Shown: piece after piece, positions 9,458 through 16,230 of the stretch
Layout: every line of letters begins with the position of its first letter
Numbering within the stretch: the stretch's first letter is position 1
Assembly (NCBI RefSeq): GCF_000012345.1
Contig: NC_007205.1
Coordinates: 1,110,001-1,142,000, forward strand
Direction of reading: 5' to 3'
Length of the DNA: 32,000 nucleotides
Source of the DNA: Candidatus Pelagibacter ubique HTCC1062
GTDB lineage: Bacteria; Pseudomonadota; Alphaproteobacteria; Pelagibacterales; Pelagibacteraceae
Program-made: the position numbers and the translations under genes
Notes under the pieces: model-generated
What the model was told of the DNA's origin: nothing
Seen by the model: the letters and a program-made list of their open reading frames with translations, nothing else
The model's database searches: none

Positions 9458-9466
9458 CAATATTAC

Positions 9467-9844
9467 CTATTCTATATTACCAGTTTCAACGTCACACTTA
9501 TAATGCTCTAAGAATCTATTATTTTTAAAGTCGTATTTTGACATGGTCATGCTAGGTTCTGTATCTCCATCAAGCACGATCATTTGAAAACCTAATTCAT
9601 AATCTGCAAACCTTGCAGTTATCTGGTTTTCACCAATATCTAATTTATTAGCTTCAATCATTACAAATTCACCCTTCTCTTTATCAAAGTATTCAAGCCC
9701 TACAGCTTGCATTGTAAATTTTAAAGGATCATGTTTTCTTCCAATAACTACATATTTCATATTAAGGCATGAGATTTTTAAACCTTGATCAGCGTTAGAA
9801 GTTGTTGGTAATAATAGTAAAATAAATAAGATAATTCTTAACAT
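9467..9844 (-). CDS. exported protein, unknown function
   Basis: Signal peptide MLRIILFILLLLPTTSNA|DQG. Starts 3 nt after the stop of the upstream ORF. Confidence 0.55.
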   Translation of the reverse strand: MLRIILFILLLLPTTSNADQGLKISCLNMKYVVIGRKHDPLKFTMQAVGLEYFDKEKGEFVMIEANKLDIGENQITARFADYELGFQMIVLDGDTEPSMTMSKYDFKNNRFLEHYKCDVETGNIE

Positions 9845-9847
9845 TAT

Positions 9848-10411
9848 CTAACTATCCACATGTTCAATGGTTTCACAAAGTTTACGTGCCTCTAATACAG
9901 AGGGTACGAGTTTGTCTAATCTCCAATTATTATTAGGTATGTCAAAATATTTAGCAGCTTTAAAATCGATCCCATCTACTATCTCAATTTCATACTTGTT
10001 CTCTTTTTGATAAAAATTGTTTAAGCGATAGATGTATTCTTTAAGCGGATAAGTCCCCAAAGAAAAACTAACTCTAAACCCCATTAAAAAAGGACTAATT
10101 GATTGAACTTTAGCTGTTAACTCTTCACCATTGATCTTAATTGGAATATTTTTACCTTCTAGTTGATAAATATCTGCAGGCTTTTCGTAGGTATAAAAAG
10201 TAAAATTATTATAGACTGTTTCACAGTTTTCTCTTGATAATATAAAAAAATTTAAGCTATCACCATGAGTTACTTCTCCACTAACCCTTGCGTAAGATAA
10301 GGTTTCATATTTATCTATCGTCCATTCCTCATGATCTGCTTGAGCCTGATAGGCAATAACTAATAGAAATAAAAACAAATTAGCTGACACAAAGATTAAG
10401 AACCGCTTCAT
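9848..10411 (-). CDS. exported protein, unknown function
   Basis: Signal peptide MKRFLIFVSANLFLFLLVIAYQAQA|DH. ATGA overlap with the upstream 61-aa ORF. Confidence 0.55.
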   Translation of the reverse strand: MKRFLIFVSANLFLFLLVIAYQAQADHEEWTIDKYETLSYARVSGEVTHGDSLNFFILSRENCETVYNNFTFYTYEKPADIYQLEGKNIPIKINGEELTAKVQSISPFLMGFRVSFSLGTYPLKEYIYRLNNFYQKENKYEIEIVDGIDFKAAKYFDIPNNNWRLDKLVPSVLEARKLCETIEHVDS

Positions 10412-10593
10412 GATTTAAGCTCCACATTTATTCCGTTTTTCTTAAGTATTCTTATTATTTTCTCCCAAATGATGCTGTTATGGGTGCTTGGACTGAGTTC
10501 AAACTTGAAGGTTTGTTTGTAAACTGGGCTGCAGTTATCATAAGCAATGTAAGCGCTTACATGACAGTATTTATTAATACCGTTTATTTCCAT
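10408..10593 (-). CDS. small protein (61 aa), first gene of a three-gene operon
   Basis: ATG start preceded by AGGAG (10603..10607 on the complement) with 9-nt spacing. Translationally coupled to the next gene. Confidence 0.4.
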   Translation of the reverse strand: MEINGINKYCHVSAYIAYDNCSPVYKQTFKFELSPSTHNSIIWEKIIRILKKNGINVELKS

Positions 10594-10856
10594 ATATCAA
10601 GACTCCTATTGTTGGTTGTATTTTTAAGGGAAAGTAATTTGTAGTTAGTAATGGTTTCACTCCTTCTCTTATCGAAGGGTCTACGTAAAGAGGAGAACAA
10701 TGAAAAGAAACGTAAACGGGTGAAAAGGAATGAAATCCAATGCATGATTCTACTTAATCATTAACATTTGTTTCCAATCAGCCAAAAAGGTGTTTTCAAA
10801 AAGGCAGCTATATATTTATAATTTTATATTATAATAAATTTTGCTAAGATAATTGT

Positions 10857-11216
10857 GTGAAAAAAATTTTTAATATATTAACTTTAATATTAATTTTTTT
10901 TAACCCCGCTTTAGCAGGTGATGCTGAAGATAAATACTGGGATACATACGCTGATAGAATCATTAAAAATAGTCACATATGTGAAGATGAAGCTGAAAAA
11001 AATGGTGAATTTAATAGTAATATTTTTGACCAATGTAATTATGCCATGAATAAAATTGAAAAAATAAGATATGAGTCTGCTGTTGCAAAAGACAAGAATG
11101 AATGTGACTCAATGAGAAAAAAAATAGAAAACTCGAAAATGAATGCAGGCTCTAATGTTGGAAATTTCTTATTGGGCATGCTTAATCAAAGCATGCAAAA
11201 TATGGCTTGTTATTAA
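10857..11216 (+). CDS. small exported Cys-containing protein, unknown function
   Basis: GTG start. Signal peptide MKKIFNILTLILIFFNPALA|GD. 4 Cys in the mature part. This is the only + strand gene inside the island. Confidence 0.5.
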   Translation: MKKIFNILTLILIFFNPALAGDAEDKYWDTYADRIIKNSHICEDEAEKNGEFNSNIFDQCNYAMNKIEKIRYESAVAKDKNECDSMRKKIENSKMNAGSNVGNFLLGMLNQSMQNMACY

Positions 11217-11219
11217 AAA

Positions 11220-11555
11220 TTAAAGAATCCTATTGCCTTTGAGAGGTTTTTCATCAATTTCCTCAACTTCACTTTTTTTTTCTGATAATTGTTTTTTAAA
11301 TTGATCTTTAATCCCAATATATTCTTTATTTAATTCTTCGATAAATTTTTCAAAATTATCTGTTGTGAATGTAAGAGTTTTATTAATTTTTTTTGTATTT
11401 ATTAATTCCTTGGAATGAATTGGTCTTGAAAAAACATTAAATTTTACTATGCCATTATAAACTATTAAGTCACAAAAACCCTCAGTAAAAACTTCTTCTG
11501 GACTATCTTTTGAATTAATGCTTCCTAAAATTTTATCTTTATTTTTATCTATCAT
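11220..11555 (-). CDS. hypothetical cytoplasmic protein (111 aa) with a Lys/Glu-rich C-terminus
   Basis: ATG start overlapping the end of 11545..12273 by 11 nt, making it the last gene of the operon. No signal peptide and no motif recognised. Confidence 0.45.
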   Translation of the reverse strand: MIDKNKDKILGSINSKDSPEEVFTEGFCDLIVYNGIVKFNVFSRPIHSKELINTKKINKTLTFTTDNFEKFIEELNKEYIGIKDQFKKQLSEKKSEVEEIDEKPLKGNRIL

Positions 11556-12273
11556 ATTTTTTTTCTACTAATAGTTTTTTTGGTCTTCTATTCTTTGCTG
11601 TTTTAAATAGTGAAAAAGTATTAGATACATATCTTGGTGTTTGTAACATAGAGTTTTTAAATTTTCTTAGATCATCTGTATATTCTGCTTCGACCAATTT
11701 ATAATTGTCCTCCGGGTTATTAGATTCAAAAAAAACATAAAACCAGGGTTTATTTCTTTTAAGTATTAAATCTTGCGAAAGATCGTGCCATTCAAATGCC
11801 CAAGAAAGTGTTCTTGGCCAATTAGTGATATTAAATCTTCCTGATATTAAAGTACCAGGCCAATAATTAGAATTAAAATTTAAAAAAGGTGGTAATTGAG
11901 TCAAATAAATGTCTTCATCTGTAATGAAAGCATAAGGACATTCAATTTGAATAACAGGACGATCTTCATTTCTCCAGCTATCTTTTGGCATAAGATTAAG
12001 ATTTCTTTTAATAAGCTCTTCGTCTATCCGAGTTCCTTCTGGCACAGAATATATTTCAAAATTAGTATCTTTTTTTTCGCATCTTAGTCTTAAATCGAAT
12101 GGACAAGGAACTTCAAAATATCTACTTTCTACTTGATTAACAGCTGGGCATGCTTGTACAGCCATGTTTGAGAGTGGTTTTTTTTTGTTTATAGTTACTG
12201 GGTTGGGTTCGTTATAAATAAAATTTCCAGGCTGACCATCTTCAATGAGCCAACCTATCTTTTTTACTGACAC
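11545..12273 (-). CDS. hypothetical cytoplasmic protein (242 aa) with three Cys-Pro motifs
   Basis: GTG start 7 nt after the stop of the G/Y/S/T-rich gene. Motifs ACPAVN, VPCPFD and IECPYA, followed by a Trp-rich beta-looking C-half (NYWPGTLISGRFNITNWPRTLSWAFEW). It vaguely reminds me of an uncharacterised alphaproteobacterial DUF, which I cannot confirm. Confidence 0.5.
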   Translation of the reverse strand: MSVKKIGWLIEDGQPGNFIYNEPNPVTINKKKPLSNMAVQACPAVNQVESRYFEVPCPFDLRLRCEKKDTNFEIYSVPEGTRIDEELIKRNLNLMPKDSWRNEDRPVIQIECPYAFITDEDIYLTQLPPFLNFNSNYWPGTLISGRFNITNWPRTLSWAFEWHDLSQDLILKRNKPWFYVFFESNNPEDNYKLVEAEYTDDLRKFKNSMLQTPRYVSNTFSLFKTAKNRRPKKLLVEKKYDR

Positions 12274-12280
12274 TTATTTT

Positions 12281-12634
12281 TTAGTTGCCCCAGCTATAAC
12301 TGTAACCACTGCCATATCCACCATAATAAGCATAAGACCAATTAGTGGTAGTGCCACCATTATATGAATATCCATAAGATTGATTGCCATATGTAGATGA
12401 CCCCCAACTTGAACCGGTGTAAGCATTATAACCGTAAGTGCTGTTACCATATGTTGAGTATGTTGAGCCATCAGTACAAGTTTTGAAAGTGCCAGATCCA
12501 TAACAAGCTGCCTCGGCTGTAGTTGTACCAACTGTTACAAGCGCTGTAGAAGCTATTAATGTTGGTGTAACTGTAGCTGAAGTTACAAAAGCAACACCTG
12601 CGATAGCTGATAAGGCTTTTTTCTTTATCCCCAT
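12281..12634 (-). CDS. secreted low-complexity Gly/Tyr/Ser/Thr-rich protein (117 aa)
   Basis: ATG start. The N-terminus MGIKKKALSAIAGVAFVTSA is signal-peptide-like and is followed by a Thr/Val/Ala linker. The 74 residues after ...TTAEAA contain 16 G, 16 Y, 14 S, 11 T, 6 N and 3 W, but only one K and one D. There is a CYGSGTFKTC Cys pair. Confidence 0.6.
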   Translation of the reverse strand: MGIKKKALSAIAGVAFVTSATVTPTLIASTALVTVGTTTAEAACYGSGTFKTCTDGSTYSTYGNSTYGYNAYTGSSWGSSTYGNQSYGYSYNGGTTTNWSYAYYGGYGSGYSYSWGN

Positions 12635-12716
12635 AAAAAAACAATATCAGAATTTAAATAAATTTAAATATTTTTTATCTCGTGCAAAAGTTGTATTTCT
12701 TAAAAAAACTATGTAT

Positions 12717-13640
12717 TTATTCAACCAGTTTAAACGATACTTCATATTTCATAAACTTTATATTGGGTGCCACAGATAAGGCATCTCTTAAATTTTTATC
12801 ATCTTCTAAGGCAATAATAAGTCCCTTAACATCTTTGTCTCCAGCTAAATTATTTTTGATGTGACCCATATATCTCTGTATTTGCCCCATGACTATATCG
12901 CTAGCTCTACCCTTTTTTAATTCAATAACTAAAAATTCTTTTTGGTCTTTGCTGATAGCTAAAATATCTAATGGACCAGAACCTGTTGAATATTGGGTGC
13001 AAAGTTTATTGTTTTCTTTGTGAATATCATAATTTTTATTTAACTCAATATTAGACCAATTTTTGATAATATAATCTTCTAGATGCTTCTCTAGCAAGAA
13101 AGATGACTTTGGAGTTAAATTATTTTCTAATGAAATATTTTTATCAACGTTTGTTTGGTTTTGAATAGGAATTATTTCTCCTGAGTCTTCTACAGTTAAT
13201 TTTAATTCTATTGTCTCAACTTCATTCTTATTTCCATCTAAGCATGGATGGCCATCCTTAAAACTCACAACATTTCCAATACCTAAATACGAGAATTGAG
13301 GATCTTTATTATCCCAACGGGCAAAGAAGTGTGGTGTTAGATTTCCATCTAATAGTTTTTGAAATAATGGTTGTCCAGAATGTGATTTTGGTTTTCCATA
13401 CCAAACAATGACTCCTTTTGAATGATCATAATGATTTGCAAAATCATGCCCTGTAGTTCCTGGCACACCGATGTTCATAAAGATTATTAAATTATCTTCA
13501 ACACGTACATATCCAGTTTCCCAATTACCTCGTGGTGGAGGTCCCTTTTCTGGATAACAAATCCAACCTATGTCTTTTCGAGAATATTTTGAGCCTTTTT
13601 TGAATTCTAATTTCACTAATCCAACCCTACCAATATTCAA
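12717..13640 (-). CDS. fusion of a DUF3427-like N-domain with a NucS/RecB-like PD-(D/E)XK nuclease C-domain; candidate type IV-like restriction endonuclease
   Basis: The N-domain has KYSRKDIGW...GY...(I)IFMNIG...VWYGKPKSHSG...HFFARWDNKDPQFSYLGIG, which matches my memory of the DUF3427 pattern (YSRKD ... LFVR ... FYYLG). The C-domain has GPLDILAI...EFLVIELKKGRASDIVMGQIQRYMGHI, i.e. D...ExK plus QxxxY as in NucS/DUF91-type nucleases. The start is uncertain because only TTG is available at 13640. Confidence 0.6.
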   Translation of the reverse strand: MNIGRVGLVKLEFKKGSKYSRKDIGWICYPEKGPPPRGNWETGYVRVEDNLIIFMNIGVPGTTGHDFANHYDHSKGVIVWYGKPKSHSGQPLFQKLLDGNLTPHFFARWDNKDPQFSYLGIGNVVSFKDGHPCLDGNKNEVETIELKLTVEDSGEIIPIQNQTNVDKNISLENNLTPKSSFLLEKHLEDYIIKNWSNIELNKNYDIHKENNKLCTQYSTGSGPLDILAISKDQKEFLVIELKKGRASDIVMGQIQRYMGHIKNNLAGDKDVKGLIIALEDDKNLRDALSVAPNIKFMKYEVSFKLVE

Positions 13641-13693
13641 ATCAGGTGTCTAGGCTATGGAATGAGAGTTAATCAACTAAAAGATCGTAGAAT

Positions 13694-13858
13694 TTAAAGA
13701 TTGATTAATAAAACTATTATGGCGATAGCTATTAACACAGCACTGACAATAATATAATTCAATCTAATATTAAATTTTTTAAAGACTATTTCAGTAATCT
13801 TTTCCCAGAATAATACGATTAAGAAGATGATTATAGCTGGCAGAATATATTTGATCAT
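13694..13858 (-). CDS. small two-TM membrane protein (54 aa), below the ORF-track cutoff
   Basis: My own translation: MIKYILPAIIIFLIVLFWEKITEIVFKKFNIRLNYIIVSAVLIAIAIIVLLINL*. Two hydrophobic segments. No other support. Confidence 0.3.
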   Translation of the reverse strand: MIKYILPAIIIFLIVLFWEKITEIVFKKFNIRLNYIIVSAVLIAIAIIVLLINL

Positions 13859-13934
13859 AAATCCATAATTATTGTGTAAGCTAAATAAGTAAGTTCAATG
13901 GCTAATAGTATTTCAAGTACAGACATAATTTACT

Positions 13935-14120
13935 TTATTTAATAATCCAAAAAATGATATTTATTATATAAACCAAAATACCATAAAATAAGAACATCAG
14001 AAATTTGTCTTTTCCTGACTTTTCTTTCCAATTTAAAGTAAATAACGCAGCAGGTGATGCAACTAGTAAAATAACCCCAACAACAATTACCAATACTGAT
14101 AAAATTATAAATACATTCAT
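13935..14120 (-). CDS. small two-TM membrane protein (61 aa)
   Basis: ATG start 25 nt downstream of the oxidoreductase stop. Two hydrophobic helices separated by NWKEKSGKDK. Confidence 0.4.
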   Translation of the reverse strand: MNVFIILSVLVIVVGVILLVASPAALFTLNWKEKSGKDKFLMFLFYGILVYIINIIFWIIK

Positions 14121-14145
14121 AAATTAACTTTTATCATATATTTTC

Positions 14146-15489
14146 TTAAATATTAAATCTGTCTTTAATTGCATAAAACCACACCGCTAATCTAAAATAA
14201 AACGTTCTTAATTTAGGGAAGATAAACTTCTTAGGTAATCCTTTATAAATTTTTGAAATATCCAGTTCTTTACTGTTTGATAATACTAACTTAGACAATT
14301 GTTTTCCAGTCCAAGGAGCAGCACTCACTCCAACCCCATTATAGCCAAATCCATAATAAATCTCTTCATTATCAATTTTACCAATAGAGGGAGTTAATTT
14401 TTGAGATAAAGCAATTAATCCCCGCCAATTATAATCAATATTAATGTCTTTCCATTTAGGAAAAATATCTTTTAAAAACTTTTCCATTTTCTTAGACATA
14501 TTTAAATTAGATTGATCACTGCCACTTAAATCCCCTCTGGTACCAAATAAAATTCGGTTGTCAGGTAACTTTCGATAATAATATAAAAGATTTTTAGTAT
14601 TAGCTATTGGTGAAAATGTTTTAAAATTATGTTGGTCAATTTCTTGCTCTGTTAAGGCTCTGGTGACAATAATATTTGAAATTACTGGTAAAATTCTTGA
14701 ATTCATCTCTGGGATTAAACCTTCTTGGTAGAACCCATTTGTTGCAACAACTATTTTTTTTGATCGAATAGATCCTTCTTTCGTCCTTAAAATATAAGCA
14801 CCATTCTCTTTATCAATTTTATCCACTTTAGTGTGCTCGAAGATTTTTAATTGTTTAGATAAGGCATATTTTGCAATGCCATTAACAAATTTAAGAGGAT
14901 TGATTGCAAAACCAGGTTTATAAGAAAAAGCTCCAAATTGCTCTGTACCCCCATGGCCAATTTTATCAAAGTCTTCTTTTGAATAAATTTCAGTTTCAAT
15001 ACCAAACTCTTCTCTGTAAGCTGTAGCTTGTTCTTGAATATCTTTAAACTTATTTGGATGATGGGCAACTACGTAATTACTATCCCCCGTTACATCACAA
15101 TCAATATTATATTCTTGTATAATATCTTTTGTATAATTTGAGCCTTCAACAGAGTTTTTAAAGAACTTTTTAGTTTCATCATTGCCGTAAATAGATTGCA
15201 TCTTTTTAAAAGACATCTTACTTGGCGGTAGAGAACAGAAACCTGCATTACGAGATGAAGCCCCCCAACCTATTTTTCCAGCTTCAACTAAAATGACCTC
15301 TAAATTATGATTTTCTATTAAATTAATTGCACAGGATAAACCAGTGTACCCTCCACCTATTACAACAATTTCTGAGCTGACATCTTTATTAAGTTTATCT
15401 AGATTTAAATTTTCGCTTGAATGATCTTCCCAATAACTACTAACTGGGGTGTTAAATTGATAAATATCAGAATGATAAATATTTTTCAT
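14146..15489 (-). CDS. FAD-dependent oxidoreductase (DAO family; OrdL/PuuB-like)
   Basis: Dinucleotide-binding motif VVIGGGYTGLSCA. DAO-like length. The listed start 15531 is TTG; the first ATG (15489, MKNIYHSD...) is used here. Confidence 0.8.
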   Translation of the reverse strand: MKNIYHSDIYQFNTPVSSYWEDHSSENLNLDKLNKDVSSEIVVIGGGYTGLSCAINLIENHNLEVILVEAGKIGWGASSRNAGFCSLPPSKMSFKKMQSIYGNDETKKFFKNSVEGSNYTKDIIQEYNIDCDVTGDSNYVVAHHPNKFKDIQEQATAYREEFGIETEIYSKEDFDKIGHGGTEQFGAFSYKPGFAINPLKFVNGIAKYALSKQLKIFEHTKVDKIDKENGAYILRTKEGSIRSKKIVVATNGFYQEGLIPEMNSRILPVISNIIVTRALTEQEIDQHNFKTFSPIANTKNLLYYYRKLPDNRILFGTRGDLSGSDQSNLNMSKKMEKFLKDIFPKWKDINIDYNWRGLIALSQKLTPSIGKIDNEEIYYGFGYNGVGVSAAPWTGKQLSKLVLSNSKELDISKIYKGLPKKFIFPKLRTFYFRLAVWFYAIKDRFNI

Positions 15490-15572
15490 TAACAAGACCC
15501 TAGCACGCAATTTATACTTAATTCTAGTCAAACTTCTAATTTTTTAGGATTTGAAATGAACTTAAAAGACTT

Positions 15573-15595
15573 AAGCCCTATTTTTCATAGGGCTT
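15573..15595 (-). terminator. hairpin after osmC (weak terminator or attenuator)
   Basis: The RNA reads AAGCCCUA-UGAAAAA-UAGGGCUU (8-bp stem) followed by AAGUCUUUU. The U-tract is interrupted, so termination is probably partial. Confidence 0.35.
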
Positions 15596-15606
15596 GAGTT
15601 AATTAG

Positions 15607-16158
15607 TTAAGCAGCACTTACTCTTTGCTCTATGTGCTCTTCATTATAAGAGTTTGAAGAAACCTTTTGAAACAATTTAATAGGAACTCCTTTTGATAAA
15701 ATATCTAATACCGGGCAATGTGTATTTACCGTATCAATCAATTTATCTATTTCTGCTTTTGGTGATGAAGATTTAATGTCAACAGTTCCAGAGATGGATT
15801 GAAAGCCAGGTCTAGTGTTTTTATTTAAAGCTAAAAAACCCTGAAGATCTAATTCACCTTTTAATTTAACACTAACACTCTCAATATTAATACCCGCTGC
15901 TGTAGCAAATGCTTTATAGGTTATCTCCTGACACGTTGCTAACGCTGCTAATATTAACTCTACTGGGCTGGGTCCCTCATCTTTTCCACCAAAACTTTTG
16001 GGTTCATCAACAACTAATTTATGTTCTCTAAGAGTGACTACAGATTGAAGTCCTTCCTTAAGAATTGAATTGCTTTCATATTGGACCACAGCATTTTTTG
16101 GGTTAGCTGTAAAATCCTTCTGTAGATTACTTATTGTTTCTTTTAGATTGTTACTCAT
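15607..16158 (-). CDS. osmC: OsmC/Ohr family peroxiredoxin-like protein
   Basis: Both conserved Cys contexts of the family are present (LATCQEITY and HCPVLD). Length and position next to bhmT also fit. Confidence 0.8.
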   Translation of the reverse strand: MSNNLKETISNLQKDFTANPKNAVVQYESNSILKEGLQSVVTLREHKLVVDEPKSFGGKDEGPSPVELILAALATCQEITYKAFATAAGINIESVSVKLKGELDLQGFLALNKNTRPGFQSISGTVDIKSSSPKAEIDKLIDTVNTHCPVLDILSKGVPIKLFQKVSSNSYNEEHIEQRVSAA

Positions 16159-16165
16159 TTTTTTT

Positions 16166-16219
16166 CTCCTGTTTTAGTGCTTCGACATATGTCAGGCGCA
16201 CAATTTAGTTAAATGCCCT
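16166..16219 (-). promoter_or_regulatory. SAM-V-like (SAM-II-related) pseudoknot leader overlapping the osmC Shine-Dalgarno
   Basis: RNA: GGGCAUUUAACUAAAUUGUGCGCCUGACAUAUGUCGAAGCACUAAAACAGGAG, then 7 A, then AUG. It shares identical blocks AUUGUGCGCC and AAGCACUAAAA with the element upstream of bhmT. H-type topology: GGGC/GCCU (P1) and GUGC/GCAC (P2). Confidence 0.55.
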
Positions 16220-16230
16220 TCTTAATTTAT

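Noticed and set aside
10640-10745. Mini-ykkC/guanidine-II-type hairpins suggested by the duplicated ACGUAAA motif
   Set aside because: That class needs ACGR loops closing short G-C stems. Here the tetranucleotide is ACGU on both strands and no matching stems flank it.
12274-12531. 85-aa same-strand alternative-frame ORF (His/Met/Val-rich) inside the G/Y/S/T-rich gene
   Set aside because: It lies entirely within 12281..12634. It has no independent ribosome-binding context, and it is the expected by-product of a repetitive GGT/TAT/AGT/ACT codon run read out of frame. The longer frame has a proper ATG and a signal-like N-terminus.
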